A stretch of DNA of 64,000 nt, from the NCBI GenBank assembly GCA_010093815.1, contig ML996565.1; one strand, written 5' to 3'. Origin of the DNA: Pseudovirgaria hyperparasitica (lineage: Eukaryota). This document shows, in pieces, positions 37,200-50,877 of this stretch (within the stretch, counting starts at the first letter, position 1; each line of letters starts with the position of its first letter). The notes below the pieces were generated by a model that worked only from the letters and a program-made list of their open reading frames with translations, was not told the DNA's origin and made no database searches. The translations under genes and the position numbers were made by a program.

Positions 37200-40100
37200 G
37201 CAAGGACCGTGTATTTAGCATCAAGCATGTATCCGTCTAGATGTGAGCTCAACTCAGTCACTCCTCAATACAACATCATTAACTAGCTATGTACCCATTA
37301 TGGTGTTCTTCTGTGGGGCTATGTCGTGAGCAGATTCACTTGTCCATGCAAATATAGCCCTGTCTCAAAATAGAAAGGCTCTATAAACGCTAGATGCTAG
37401 GTTCCGCGTCCCTCTCATACGATACACTACAGGGGTGGCCGGATGCGCCGTACAGAATCATGTAGCGTATCAGGAATGTGCACTAGACCAACCCTTATGG
37501 ATATGCCGGCTGCACGAAAGACTAGAAGATCTTCCGCGTTGGATCGATTTGGTAAGATTGCTGCTCCTTGAAGTAGCCATAGGACTATATTATAATGGCA
37601 GGGACCTTTAGGCAAGCGACATCATGGACCTCAAGATCTCGACTGGCGCCCCTGGCCACGGAGTACTGAGCTAGAAGGAAGTATAGGGACCATGAGTACG
37701 TTCAGTGCTTCGAGAAGTCTACGTTTGCAAAGTCCAGCCTGAACCAGTGCTACTCAACCTCTGACGCGTGAAGGGCTAGAAGTGCTCCTGGACAGATATA
37801 TGAGCAATCCTACTCCTTACTAGACACGACTCAGATACTAAACATACCTTCCAAAGAGTGAAATAGAAAGAGTCTCCGACATCCCTTCTGGTGTTTTACA
37901 GGATGACCAAGGGCGTACATTGAGCCCATGAGGCTTAGCACTAGTCAGATATACATAAGACTTCAAGTCAGCGCCAAGTACTCATTACAATGAAACTGTG
38001 GCCTACAGACAAGAACGTGTATAGCAGGCCTCCATCTCATATCTAATTTTATTAACGCTCCATATCTGTCATGTTCCTTGACATCTCTCCTTCCCCCCAC
38101 CAAAACATCCCCTCTCGATCAGAGAAGGTATCTGATACAGATGACACACGCCGATTAGAATTTGCAGTAGCAGGATCAGCAGTATCAAAGATAACTTGGG
38201 TGCTTCTGAAACATGATCAGAGCACCTTGTAGGATAATGACTAAGAGGAGACTAAGGAGTCGAGATCACAACTGCGGTGAATGAGAGATTGGGATGGGTG
38301 GCTTATAAGACGAATTATGTCCTAGGCTAGGAAGACCTGTTATAGATATCCCATCATTCAAGCTGAAGGACTCGACACAAAGAGTTGCTTATATCGATTT
38401 TAGTCGAGGAGATCAACGATCGGAAGTCCTGTATGTATACAGCGTACAAGTACATTCAGGCATTTCATAGGTTTCAATCTAGATATGTCATATGATCTAC
38501 TTTGTCCGAGTATCAATAAATCGGCGTACCATCCCTCACGCGTTTCGCAAGAACGTCCAATACCCACCCATCTTCCTGAGATCCAATGCATCCTATCCAT
38601 ATCATCTCTTGTCCCTCGCTCTACCATCGTCCCTAAGCAGCGTCATACTCATCTGAATCTTTACAAGACGCCCATACATGGCACGATATCTATCAGCCCA
38701 ATGACTCCCCTTCGTCGTCATCACACCTCCCATCCCTACGCCTATCTCGACTCCTTCCACACTCAATCCCATCCCACCGAAGCACACAAAAGCACCAACC
38801 AAAACCCAGACCAATATCCGCGTTCGTACGAAAAGCACATATCCATTCCCTTTCCCCTCATATATACAACCTGTAGAAAATCAGCTGATTGGAAAAAGAA
38901 TCCCGTATAACACACTCCAGCCCCTCTAGCGCAATTCCCATAAACTACAGAATATAAGCGCATAATCCAGCAGACTAACGTACAGATTCGGTACGTCCTA
39001 CTTAGGCACGGGTGCTAGGGTACTAGGCAAGACGTGCATATATAGTGTTCAGCTCTCTTATACACCACCATGGAACCTAGTTACCGTGCCGGCTGTACGA
39101 CTCGATGTTAGACTATCTGAACACCGAGCACAACAGCTCCATAGAATGCGTACATGGTTTAATACGCTGCATATAGACGCCTCACCCTAGCATACACAAA
39201 TACCACCCCTATCCTCCCAGCGCCGAGACACCGCTCTCCCTTGACCCACAAAACTCCATCTAAGCCTCATGACATCTAACCCTTCCATCTAGATAACCAT
39301 CCACACCACGAGGGATACAAAACCCGAAATACATTGCCAGAGAACAACGAAGCACATGGTATATCATATAGTATGCTACATAGTCTAGACGAATCGAAAA
39401 GATCATCACCACGAGCCAACAGCCAACCATCCAAGGACACTCTAAAGACCTCCGCACACCCGAGTCTCACAACCGCACGAGTAAGGCCTGGAACCCATAG
39501 ACGAACAAACAAGGAGCGAGTAGCACAGACACCGGCTAGTCAGTCACGTAATGGATCAGTACGTAGCACGTACCTACTTCGACGTCTCACACAACACAAG
39601 CAAACGGGAGAAAGGACCTCATTATCTGCGTAGACAACCATACTCCATTCCATCCCATCCCATCCCATACCTAATATAACCCGTCGCACAAACATCCCTA
39701 CTTCCTGCTTCCCCTCCCTCCCTACATCCATCCATCTTCTCTCCTCCTGTTACACCCCCTTGCCAGCCAAGCCCTAGCCACCGCCTTGCCACCGCCCGTC
39801 AACTCACAACACACAGACAGACGCGACGGCGCGATGACGACGACGATGGGATGCCTGGGATGCTCAAGCCAGGCGCGAGGTGCAAGACATTATCCGCGCG
39901 GTTAGAATACAGACGCAGACGCGGGATCGGAATAGAAACGGCCGAGGTGTGAGAAAAGAGTAGATTTTTCTTGGCGAGGAGGGGGAATGTCATTGCGAGG
40001 AGATGCATGAGGTGTGGCACGTTAGTCAAGGAAGGCAAAGAGGGAGATATGGTGTGAGGTGGTCATGGGAAAAAGAGGGTATGGTATGAGCGGATAGGAT

Positions 40101-41284
40101 AGCGCGTGGTCGAGTTCGTGGAGCTTAGGTGCTTCCCACCCTCAAGTGAGACTGTGAAGTTGAGGGGAGGATCTTCGCATAGTCTGTCATATAGCTATCC
40201 AACAGGTATCATCAAGCAAGGTTGGTCGTCTGACCGAGGAGATACGATAGCAGCCGACTATATGAGCGAAGTTATTTTATGGATACCCCAACTAGCTGTT
40301 TGCGGACAGTGCAAGCAAAGAGGAAGGTGGGAATGTTTGGTTCGGCTGTGAGCACTGGTAGGAGGGAGTCGTTGATTACATATTCATTCAAAATGCCGGT
40401 TTAGGATGAAAATGAGTCCAATACATGTAGAATCAAATCGGATACCGTCTCTGTCTAGTATTCATTGGATGTACGTATATTTCATCCGCTTTGTGCCGCG
40501 CTATCGGCTCCTTCCTTTCATTGCCGTACACCCTTTTCAGACTAGTGATGGAGAATGGACGTCCCACAATTGAATGGTTCGTGCTTGTCTGCCGTAGGCA
40601 AATTTAGCGGCGGTTGGGCCGGCTCGCCACGAGGGGTTCTCATGTCGATGTGCTAGGTAGGTAGGTAGGTACTCAGTGGGAACCTGACAAATCTCCGTAT
40701 TTCAGCCTCAGACGTACATACGCAACTCTTCACTCTATCTAGCAACAACAACGGCCCAGCAAGCTTTCACATGTTCAATGTAGCAAAACGCAATCTCCCT
40801 CGGGGCTGAAAGAGATCTCCACTTTTGCCTTCTTCAAGTGTGGCTTATGCATATTGTAGCCAATCCCCCGACGGGTCTGTCATTGGTCGCCCTGTCCGGC
40901 GATATCTCCGGGTGGCGGTGGAATCTGCGTTCCAGCGATCTGGTTGAGATCCGGGCGTTTGCGCCCTATACCGGAGGCTTGTCTCGGCCTTTTTCGCCCT
41001 ATGAGGCTGGCCCATATTGAATGAGGTCCGGCTGCTCGGCGGCGTCGATGCTGCCGTAGCCGGGGATGGCTGCTCGAATCATGGATTGGGCTGAAGTATG
41101 GACTTGCACGACCCATTAGCTCACCGTTCGACCTCCCACAGACACCACACCAAGGGTCGGTCGCGAACTGTGCTGCTCGTTGCGTTGGCCAGTACCAGTA
41201 GCAGACTTCTAGCCAGACAGTCACCGCATCCTGATCACTGGTGGCAAGATGTAAGTGGTACCATGGTACGACTGTGTCTTGATT

Positions 41285-42673
41285 TTATCTGAGGCTCTCG
41301 GGTAGGGAGAGCAAAGCCAGCTCTCGCATATGGGCTCCCAAGTGAGGTTCCAGACGCTCCAAGTTGCCAGCCCTGAAGCCGCAGAGCCGACAGTCTGGCG
41401 ACATTCTCAACTTTCTATCATCAATCTTGCATTGAGCAGTGATCTGCTCGATCTGGTCCCACTCCTCTGGATGCTGCTGTAGGACGTGGACTTGGAATTC
41501 AGTTTCTGAGGAGAAGCTGAAGGGCTCGTCGCTTTCGTCTGTGCAGCCGTTGAACTTTAAAGCTGGTTCTCTGATGGATTGGCACTCCCAGGACTGGCGC
41601 CTGCAGGTCTTTTCGTGCTCGAACCATTCTGCTTGACTGCCATACATCCGTAGCGGTGTAATACAGTCTACGTATGTACACAGATATGGTTTGAGGTCGT
41701 GGTCGATGTGGTGGATGTAGTCCCTGAGAGAAGATAGTTAACAGACTGTCCGTAGTGGAGACCAGAGCGACGGCTCCAATCATACCTTTGGGTTTCGGTC
41801 GTGACCTTGCGGAAACAAGTAGCGCAGTCAAAGGGCTCCTCTAGGAGGATCTCGAGCCCATAAGGTTTGAGTGGGATTTCTGGCTCATGGAGGGTCATGG
41901 GAGGGCTGGATCTGCTGCCTTCGCCGTACTCCCTCTTGACCTTTGGCACACTCAGGCTGGGAGCCAGGATGCGCTCTTTGAGCCGTCTGCGGCGTCGCGA
42001 GATTCCATTGCTCAGGCGACAGACGAGGGGCGTGTCGGCGTTTGGGAAAATCTCTCTCGTTCGGGTGAAGTCGTGAGTCTCGAGGTAAAGGTCTTCGATG
42101 CGCCCGCGGTGGATGAAGTTGTTGAACACAGACTGTTTCCTCACGATAGCGAGAACGTCGTTCAGACACGAAACGTAGAAACAGATGTGTTGTGCGTGGA
42201 TATAGATGGACCTCTGCGTGAGATATTGGTCTTCGTTGCAGCGGTCGATGAGCATATGCAGCTTCTCGACTGCGTGGCATACGTCCGTGTACGTGGTTGA
42301 ACCTATGGGTTCGGTCAGTTGGAAGGCAGAATGGACGACGTCTTGAGGAGTAATAACCCTCGGCAAGAGCATGTAGTACATGCTCGTTCTCTGCTTGGTT
42401 CTGCAGCCAGACGACAGCCTCCTGAAAACGTTGGTTGATGCTGAACGCGTTGAAATCGGCAACGTCCAACGACGACAGGAAGGCCGCATAAGCGGTCTGT
42501 TGCTCGATCAAGTTAGATAAAACATGCTCGTATCCTGCCTGGGGATCAACACCCGAAGGCGCAGACATTGCGGATTCGGACGCATGCAGACGTGTTGCGT
42601 CGCGCATGTCCTCGTCGTCGTCAGAGTCCATTTTCATGTGCAGGTCATCTCCATACAGAGTTGGTCGCGACAT
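41285..42673 (-). CDS. C2H2-type zinc-finger protein of the fungal 'H..HDLKPY.C' class; exons 42673-42358, 42302-41786, 41723-41285
   Basis: FPNADTPLVCRLSNGISRRRRRL, FDCATCF..HIDHDLKPYLCTYVDC..WFEHE..WEC..FQVHVLQQH..CRLC..HLGAHMRELALLSLP. Intron 42357-42303 (weak GTTATT donor, CTGAC branch) and intron 41785-41724 restore one frame. The start is uncertain. Confidence 0.75.
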
Positions 42674-44049
42674 CTGCACGGCAGCTGCAATATTAGTATA
42701 AAGGGTGACTTCGTTGGGGCCTAACAGGTCAAAACATACATACGAAATCTCCGGCCGACTAGTGGCAACCTCCCGTCTGGAGATTGGAACAGTCGGATGC
42801 AGCCCTGTCAGGATTTGTCTCCGATGGACGTATTGATTGACTGGAGGCAAGACTAAAATACTCATGCGACTGTATGAGGCTCTGGAGGGTGGGAGAGGCG
42901 GCTGAAGTGAATGCGCGAGTGAAGGGACTGTCCATGGTAACACCAAAGCCCTCTCTCATAAGAGCTCTGCATTGCGGGGCCATGTGGTCGCCGCTAGCTG
43001 GTTGTCGTTCGTGTCCGTGTTCTCGGGACGCTCGTCCTCTAAATTCACCATGTTGGAGGTCATAGGATCGATGGTCGATGGAGATGTGAGCAGTGCTGGA
43101 AACACCCGTCTCCATGGGTCTGGGAGAAAAGAAAGAAGAGAAGTTGAGATGGGCGTCCCGTAAGGAGTGCAAGGTTTTACATGTCAGGGGACGGACTCGA
43201 GGTAGTCACGCCTCAAACCAAGAGAAGATTGCGGCACAGGCGGGACAAGCGCGTCTGTAGAGAGAGATCCGATCAGGCCATTCCACATACATGTACATGA
43301 AGTACGAACTGCCACCACCACTGGATCATGACTGCATCAATTCTGATGGCCAAGATGGGACTGACGATGGGTTTCCCGCGCGGCTGTCCTTCCCATGAGC
43401 CTGAATCGCGTACAGTTCGGGGGCCCAGTCGACAGCCAGGTACTTAGCGACAGCTCTCACTTTGGAACGTCGCTCGGACCAGACAGAGATATGCGAGGAG
43501 TTTCCAGCATCGGCGTCGAAATGTACGGCCAAATTGTCGAAGCCATGGTCGTACGGATGGCTCCTGACTGTCGTGAAAGGGATGCCAGTTGACATGGTAC
43601 TGGAAGCTCTCAAGCTGCGCCTACGGCTTCACCGAAGGGATGTTGTTCTGGCAATTCCCGAGGGCTTCATTTCAATCATAGAGACGGCATGTCCATGACG
43701 CGACTCGACTGGTGTAAGTTGTGCTCCGATCGCTTAGTCTGTGGACTCTAAAATAGCCTACCATTATACCGCGATAGACTAATAGACGAGCGCTTGATGG
43801 TTAAGCGTATCCTCCTTACCCGCAGAACCGGGGAAAAGAGCTCGTCGAAATCCTCTCGACCTTGACCCTTTTACTGAAGGGAGTGGTGGTCCAAAGATAC
43901 TGCCGTGTTGACCTCCTGATTCATGGCTCGGAGACTGGACTCTGACAAAGGAAGTGGTGCGTCAAGCTGAGAAGAACAAGCTGACGTGCTGCGCCTCTTG
44001 ATGATTCCCCTAGCTATGGTACATTGGTCCCTTTCTGATCCGGTCTCAT

Positions 44050-45022
44050 GCACTCAAGTCAAGCGCAGACGCCCAGCCGCGCGTCTCCCGACCGACACTC
44101 CGTGAACTATAGACGCAGAGAAGGACATCACCCGAAGAGCACGCAAGGCAGTCTGATGCATGCGTCATGATGCTAAGTCCGATGAGAGGCATCTCTTTTC
44201 CCTTGATACACGACAGGACATATTCCAGAAGGCTTTTGGTCTGTATACCTGCGGAGCATTCTGGCACAAACGGTCAACAGACGCAGCCAAGCACTACCTT
44301 TCGACTGCAACTCGGACTGCTGACAGCCATTCATTCGAGATCTGTCTTGGAACATTCTCGAGCCACCTGAGCAACATGTCTATTCTTCGTTCTATCATCA
44401 TCTCCATGGGCGAGAGCCTTCCTTCTAATGAACTAACAGGCAGTCATAGTTTCATCACCTTCTAATCCGATACCTCATTCTCGATCCTCTGGCCAAGTAA
44501 GAAGACGAGCAACCTTTATTTGACCACCGCGCCATACAAGTCGTCATCGACGAGTTCATCCAGCCCAAGATACAGGACCTCATGCTCACAAGAAAGATGA
44601 GAGTGACGGGCTGGCGTCTCTCCAAAAACACTCTCTGCCGGGAAATCAAAGTCCCAATGGGAGGAATGAAAGAATCGGCACGCGATCCTATTCGTGATCT
44701 TGCAAGATCAGGCCCAGGCTTGACAGACAATAGAAGCAGCAGTCATGCCATGACCCGAACGATATCGGCCCGGCCAACTTGGAACCATACATACGGCAAG
44801 AGCTGCATCACTGGCAAAGGGACGGATGTTTGTCCAATCAGCATTGCCACGAACAAAGGTCTCATAGGGGATATAGACAAGACGCCGCACGATAGATCTG
44901 TTGCGTCCAGACAATCAATCCATAAGATGCTGGACATAGCTAGCCGTCGACAACAGAGGTCTTGTTTGAGGCTGATGTGCCCACATACCAAGAATGCTCT
45001 GCAACTATACCTTCCCAGATAG
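44050..45022 (+). pseudogene. Possible degenerate gene remnant
   Basis: Protein-like stretches (IRYLILDPLAK*EDEQPLFDHRAIQVVIDEFIQPKIQDLM...) broken by stops and a frame change near 44465. No family recognised. Confidence 0.2.
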
Positions 45023-45652
45023 GAAGCATACGTCTAGTGACCGTGCTCGAGGTTAGCATAAAGCACAAGCACTTTACGTGCATGCAGCTAACATAGTACG
45101 TAACTCTCTATACTGTATAGCCGCACACTAGTACACATCGGATAGTGGGTCTGACAGGCTAGTATCTGGCTCAGAAATGGTAAAGAGCCGTAGTAGTAGG
45201 TGGACGTATAGTTGTTGATAGGTCATACTCAATTGCTTCGTTACTGTCTTGGATGCTACATTGCTAATGCTTCTTTGTGCTGCTGGGTTCTGGTGAATTG
45301 GTAGGTTGATTGGAGGTTGTGACACTATATCGACCTTACTGTCGTGTTGGATGTCGGTCAATGGCGGTATCGTGGTCGTGATTCACGAATGGAGACGAAG
45401 AGTGGTCCAAACACGCGAAATTCAATACAGTACTATTACAGCTCTGAGCTGAAGACGCCCGGGCAAGGCTAGCACGCTTGTAGACTAGCGTTCTATTTCC
45501 ACGCTTCTTCAAACGCACGACTGCAAGCCATGGTCAAGCCACGCGCCAGGCATCTTACTTTAGTTTTACATCCTCATCTATACGTCCAGTCGCACAATGT
45601 CCCCCATTCCCCAGGGCCTCTCCCTCTTCCCGCGACTCTTCGCGCAGCCGCA

Positions 45653-47308
45653 ATGGCCTCTGCGACCGACCTGATCACGTACATCGGTGTCCCCCTCGCC
45701 GTCATAGGAGTGATTCCCACCATCTTCACATGCGCCAAATCCCTGGTCACGCTCCGTTCGATCCGCAGGCTTCTCGACGACAACGGCACACCGGCAATCA
45801 CACGAAGCACGCTGCTGTCCGGGATCGTCGAGGTGGAAATACCGCGAAAGAGCATCATCCCGCTCGACCGCGCGGACCCAGCATACTTTGAGCTGAACCC
45901 GTGCCCGTCGCGACTGAGGGGCGGCAGCTGGACGATATTGAATTGGAAAGAGCTGATTATCGGCGTCAAGGCGTACAGGGTGCAGTATCACGACGAGCTG
46001 TCGCAGCCGCAGGCGGAGGTGGGCTTTGAAGCCCTGCTTGCGTTTCTACTGGATCGGGGCGCGGTGCCGAGCGTGGCCGGTTTCAGCGACCTGCGCAGCT
46101 CAGGCCTGTGGACGCCCGCCGGGACGAAGCTGTTGCTGTCTCCCGTGACGGCAGACCCCGTGCTGACGGTCGCGACGGCCAGCGACTCGGACGGGATCCT
46201 GTCGCTCTGCCTGGACTGGCGGCACGAGTGGGATAGGCGGACCTGGGAGTCTCTCCCGCCGTACTGGATCCGACTGACCTCGTCCCACGAGGCAGCCCAG
46301 ATCCGAGCCGCCATCAAGGGCATCCAGCCGGACGCGTCAAAGCCCGAGCCGGCAGACCCCAGCACGACCACCACGTTCTCCCCCGACCGCCGTCCCAGCG
46401 CAACAGACATGCTCTCCACGCTTCACGACTCCCTCACCTCCTTCCGCCTCCGCATCGGCTCCTCGGGCGTCGAGGAAAGCTACCGAGAAGACGACCCGAA
46501 GCACCGGCTCGCCCTCCCCCACCTACAGTCCCACCTCCCCTCGGACACGCGCCCAATGTGGTTCTCCGTCGGCTGCACCGCTCTCGGCGCCCCACGCGGC
46601 GGCCTCTGGAGCTACGCAATCCCAGACGACATCACGCAGCTCGCACGGCGCGAGACGGTGCCATGCGGCGTAATGGTGCTGCTCGGCCTGCTAGACGACG
46701 ACGCGGTGCCGGCATGGCGCACGCCCTACGACGACGCGCTCGAGCGCCTGAAGCAGCAGACCAAGCTCATGGACCGCGCGCGGCAGATGAGCGCGGAGAA
46801 CCAGCTCAGTCCGGCGGAGAAGGTGCGGGCGCAGCAGGCGCGCGTGAGCAAGGAGGCGTGGGAGTTTCACAATGAGATGCGCGAGCGGCAGATTGAGCGC
46901 GAGCGGCGGGTCGAGCAGGAGTTGACGGAGGCGCTGACGAGCCAGAGGTTGGCGATTGGGCCGGTGGCGGAGGCGTGCCGGGCGTGGCTGGTGCGGGAGG
47001 GCCATGTGCCGGGGGCGGAGGCGGAGACGGGGTTTGCGGCGATTGTGGAGCAGGTGTTGTATTGTATGATTACGAGTGAGGGAGTGGGGTGGAAGATGGC
47101 GGGGATGCTGGATCGGTGGCGGAGCTGGGCGGAGAGCGGAGGGATGGCGAGGCCGACGTATCGGGCAGTGGCGGAGGATGTGGTGGTGTTTGGGTTTGCG
47201 GCGTGTGTGTTGTGGGTGGTTCGGGAGGCGGCGATGCATGAGGCTGGGGCGGTGGTGTCGGACTTGCAGGAGTGTGTCCGGATCTGGCGGAAGGTGCGGC
47301 TGGGGTAA
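45653..47308 (+). CDS. Conserved fungal hypothetical protein with N-terminal membrane segment and C-terminal coiled-coil-like region, intronless
   Basis: 551-codon ORF with strong GC3 bias starting MASATDLITYIGVPLAVIGVIP at GCAATGG; charged helical stretch ERLKQQ..EMRERQIERERRVEQE. Confidence 0.85.
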   Translation: MASATDLITYIGVPLAVIGVIPTIFTCAKSLVTLRSIRRLLDDNGTPAITRSTLLSGIVEVEIPRKSIIPLDRADPAYFELNPCPSRLRGGSWTILNWKELIIGVKAYRVQYHDELSQPQAEVGFEALLAFLLDRGAVPSVAGFSDLRSSGLWTPAGTKLLLSPVTADPVLTVATASDSDGILSLCLDWRHEWDRRTWESLPPYWIRLTSSHEAAQIRAAIKGIQPDASKPEPADPSTTTTFSPDRRPSATDMLSTLHDSLTSFRLRIGSSGVEESYREDDPKHRLALPHLQSHLPSDTRPMWFSVGCTALGAPRGGLWSYAIPDDITQLARRETVPCGVMVLLGLLDDDAVPAWRTPYDDALERLKQQTKLMDRARQMSAENQLSPAEKVRAQQARVSKEAWEFHNEMRERQIERERRVEQELTEALTSQRLAIGPVAEACRAWLVREGHVPGAEAETGFAAIVEQVLYCMITSEGVGWKMAGMLDRWRSWAESGGMARPTYRAVAEDVVVFGFAACVLWVVREAAMHEAGAVVSDLQECVRIWRKVRLG

Positions 47309-47920
47309 TTAGTGTTGGTGGGCGTGAGCAGAGGGGCGCACGCGAGGGCCATGTTTCTGCCGGTTTCGGTGTTCGTGCTACCAAGGGGGGGAGATCTGTA
47401 TTTTGCAGCATAGGAGTATATATTAATTTTGTGCATATATGTAAGTATGTGCGTGTGTGTGTTGCGGAAAGACGGGGTGTGAGTTGAGGCGAGATGGGAC
47501 GTCTTGGATTGCCGGATGCGGAAATGTGGGATATACTGACAGACTGACTGACTGACTGACTGACTCGGCGAGGGTGGACGTTTCCTGCGTGCATGACTCG
47601 TGAATTGGGGTGGGGTGGAGTGGAGTGGAGTGCTGGCCTGGGCGGTGAGACGCGGCATAATTGGTGAGGACGAGACGACATGTCGTGGTATCACAAACCT
47701 TCTTTCTTGCTATTGTTCTCTCCCCTTCACTCCCGCACATCCAACGTTCAACCTCGCCGCTCCGCTCATGTCGTTCTGCTTATAACCCGCTCTCTCCTTC
47801 TTTTCTCCTTCGCTATCTTCTCCGTCGTCCTTATGAGCAGCGCTTGTCCTCAACACCCGCACACGAGCGCCTGAGCCCCCTTTCTCGCATCACCACCACC
47901 ACAACCACAAAACCACCACC

Positions 47921-48800
47921 ATGCCCTCACCACAACCACACACCCCAACCCCCCAAGCAAACAACTCCACCCCACGCACCCCTCCTCCCCTCCCCCGCAC
48001 CCTCTACCCCGGCGGCACGCGCTCCCTCTCCGGCATCGCCCTCCGCGCCTTCACCCTCGGCACCACCCTCGGCACCACCACCCTCCTCTCCCTCCTCCTC
48101 CTCTCGCACTCCCACCCCCTCTGGCGCCCCCCCGCCTTCCTCGCCCTCCTCGCCCTCTCCCACTTCCTCGAATTCTACACGACCGCGCTCGCCAACACGC
48201 CCGCCGCCACGACATCCTCCTTCCTCCTCAGCAACGGCAATGCATACCGGCTTGCGCACTCGGCTGCGCTGCTCGAATGCACGCTTACGAATACGCTTGT
48301 CCGGCTTCCGGGGTGGTATGTTGCTGTGACGCGGCATCCGGTTGTTGTGGGAGTGGGGGTGGTGATGGTGGTTGTGGGGCAGGGCGTGCGGAGTGTCGCT
48401 ATGGTGCAGGCGGGCGAGAGCTTTAATCATCAGGTGCAGAGTGAGTGGAGGGCCGGGCATGTGCTTGTTACGAGGGGGGTGTATGGGGTTGTGAGGCATC
48501 CGAGTTATTGGGGGTTTTTTTGGTGGGGGGTGGGATCGCAGGTGCTTGTGGGGAATGTGGGGTGTGGGGTGGTGTATGCGTGTGTGCTGTGGCGGTTTTT
48601 TGCGAGGCGGATTGCGAGTGAGTTGCTGTTCTTTTTCTTCGGTCTTTGTGGCGAGGGGAAAGGGGTTGTTGGGCGTGTGTGCTGACTGACTGACTGACTG
48701 TGTGTGTGCAGGTGAGGAGAGGTATCTGGTGGGGTTCTTTGGGGAGGAGTATGTGCGGTTTCGGGCGCGGACGCCGGTGGGGATTCCGTTTATTGCGTGA
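47921..48800 (+). CDS. STE14: Protein-S-isoprenylcysteine O-methyltransferase; exons 47921-48617, 48712-48800
   Basis: HFLEFY.TA..N, SFLLSNG.AY..AH, GQ.VRS.AM.QAG.SFNH.VQ, H.LVT.GVY..VRHPSY.GFFWW, RI.|EE.YL..FFGEEY..FR.RTPVGIPFI. Intron GTGAGT..CTGAC..CAG. Confidence 0.95.
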
Positions 48801-49392
48801 GTGGAAGTGGGGTGGGCGTGAGGTAGATGGATGGGTGTGTGAGAGCATGCGTACGAGCGGCGGGAGGAGAGGTCATGAGTGAGGTGTTGTAGGGAGCAGG
48901 AGGAAGGTATATCTCATACCTAGCCAAGCACAACGCAAACTGCAGACCAGATGCACGGTATACGAATAAGAAGGCCAGGAGTAAGGATAGGACTGAGAAT
49001 AGGAATGAGAATAGAGCGGCAGGGCTACGTTATGCCTAGTCACGGCAGACACACATGCCATGCCCGCACCAGCACAGTAGACGCACCTAACAGCACACTT
49101 TACCCAACACACAGCAAGCACATGAAGCACACAGACCCAGACACAGACACACGAGACAACACATCTCAATTACCCCCCCTTCCCCTACCCTGAAGTAACA
49201 AACAAACCAAGTAGCCAGCAAAACACCCAAGATACGCCATTCTATACGTGTATCTGCATATGTGCAAACTCCACAAGCCCCCCGAAAAGTCTATAATGTC
49301 TATCTTTCGCAGTCCAAGTCAAAGTAAAGCTTCTTTCCAAGTCCAAGCAAAGCAAGTGCACGCAAACGCTCATTCATTACCACCACCACCAA

Positions 49393-49475
49393 CAGCACAA
49401 ACAACACCAGCACAAACAACACCAGCACAAACAACACCAGCACAAACAACACCAGCACAAACAACACCAGCACAA
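49393..49475. repeat. 15-nt minisatellite (CAGCACAAACAACAC) x5.5 between the convergent STE14 and Ecl1-family genes
   Basis: Five perfect copies at 49393-49467 plus a partial copy. Confidence 0.95.
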
Positions 49476-49905
49476 CACCATGACAGCACCATGACAGCAC
49501 AACACAACATCCACCCCATGCACACACGCCGTACTTTTTCGCAGGAATGGAAATGAAGAAACGGCGGGGTAGAAAGGGAAAGTAAGAACGAGAAAAGAAC
49601 GCCGTCGATGATGAAGCATTCCGCCCAGAATAGGATAGGATAGAAGAGAAGAGGATAGAATGAGAAACGCCAGGCCATGCCGAATCAGGGGACGGTGATG
49701 GAATAGGGAGGGAGGGTAGGCGCGCTCAGAGACAGCTGGACCTCCTGTCCAAGCGCGACAAGCTGCTGCGCGTCAAGGAAGAAGAAGAAGAAGAAGACGA
49801 AGAACGAAAAAAGCAAATTCATGCGTCAGGTCAGGCAGCTGCATCCATCCATCCATTCATGCACGCCACACAACCCACAAGCCACACCCCTCTCACCCCA
49901 TCAAC

Positions 49906-50837
49906 TCAAGCCCCCTCCCGCCCCCCAAGCAACCTCCCCAAACTCCCCGGCGCAGTCGGCGTCCCAGGCACAACCCCGACCTTCTCATACCTCAGCAAAT
50001 CCCCCTCAACCACCACGCCCACCGTCATATGCGCCTCGGCCGGCTTCGTCTTGAACGCATACAGCCTCTGCAGACTAGCCGGTCCACAACCAGCGCCACC
50101 AGCACCAGCACCAGCACCACCAGCACCACCAGTAGTAGCAGTCGGAAAGCTAAACGTCGTACAGGGCGTCACAAGGTCGACGGAACGCGCAGACGAGGCG
50201 GCAAAGTACGAGGACGAGGAGCTGGGGGCGTGGCGGCGGGGGAGCGGGCGGGTGGAGTTGTAGTTGTAGTTGTAGTTGTATGAGGAGGAGCGGGATGCGG
50301 CGGCGGGGGTGTAGGGGTAGGGGAGGGAGAAGCTTGCTGTTGAGGCGGGGGTGTGGGAGAGGGAGGGGGTTGTTGGTGTTGTTGTTGTTGTGGTGGTGGT
50401 TGTTGTGATGGAGGAGAAGGCGCGGGTGGAGAAGGGCGGGCGTGCGGTCGTCGGGGTGGTGGTGTAGTCGTGCCAGGCGGGATTCGTGGATTGGAACTGG
50501 CGGAGGTAGCGCGCGGCTTCGGAGTTTTCGCGCGAGAGGGGGGTGCGTGCGGATGACGTGTAGAGGTAGTTGGTGGTGTCTTCTTCGTTGTTGTCGTCTT
50601 CTTCTTCTTCGTCGGACATGACCATCGACGAGCGGTTCGAGAGAGGCGCGGCGGTGGGCGGGCGAGCTGGGACGGGCTCCTTGGGCGCGGGCAGGTTGGA
50701 TTGGTCGTCGAGATGGTGGGCGTAGGGCGTGGGAGGCGGGGAGTATTCGTGCGAGATGTACGACGACTTTTGGTCGCTTCGGCGGCATCTTTGGTGGGAA
50801 GTTAGCTATGAAGCTGGAGCTGGAGGGCGGGCAGCAT

Positions 50838-50877
<40 letters not shown>

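Noticed and set aside
42303..42357. Frameshift or pseudogene in the C2H2 gene
   Set aside because: A 55-nt GT..CTGAC..TAG intron with matching phase explains the frame change.
22801..48800. Pheromone-pathway cluster (Far1-like plus STE14) with a hidden a-factor precursor
   Set aside because: The genes are over 21 kb apart with unrelated genes between. A non-exhaustive manual scan for short ORFs ending C-x-x-M-stop found none.
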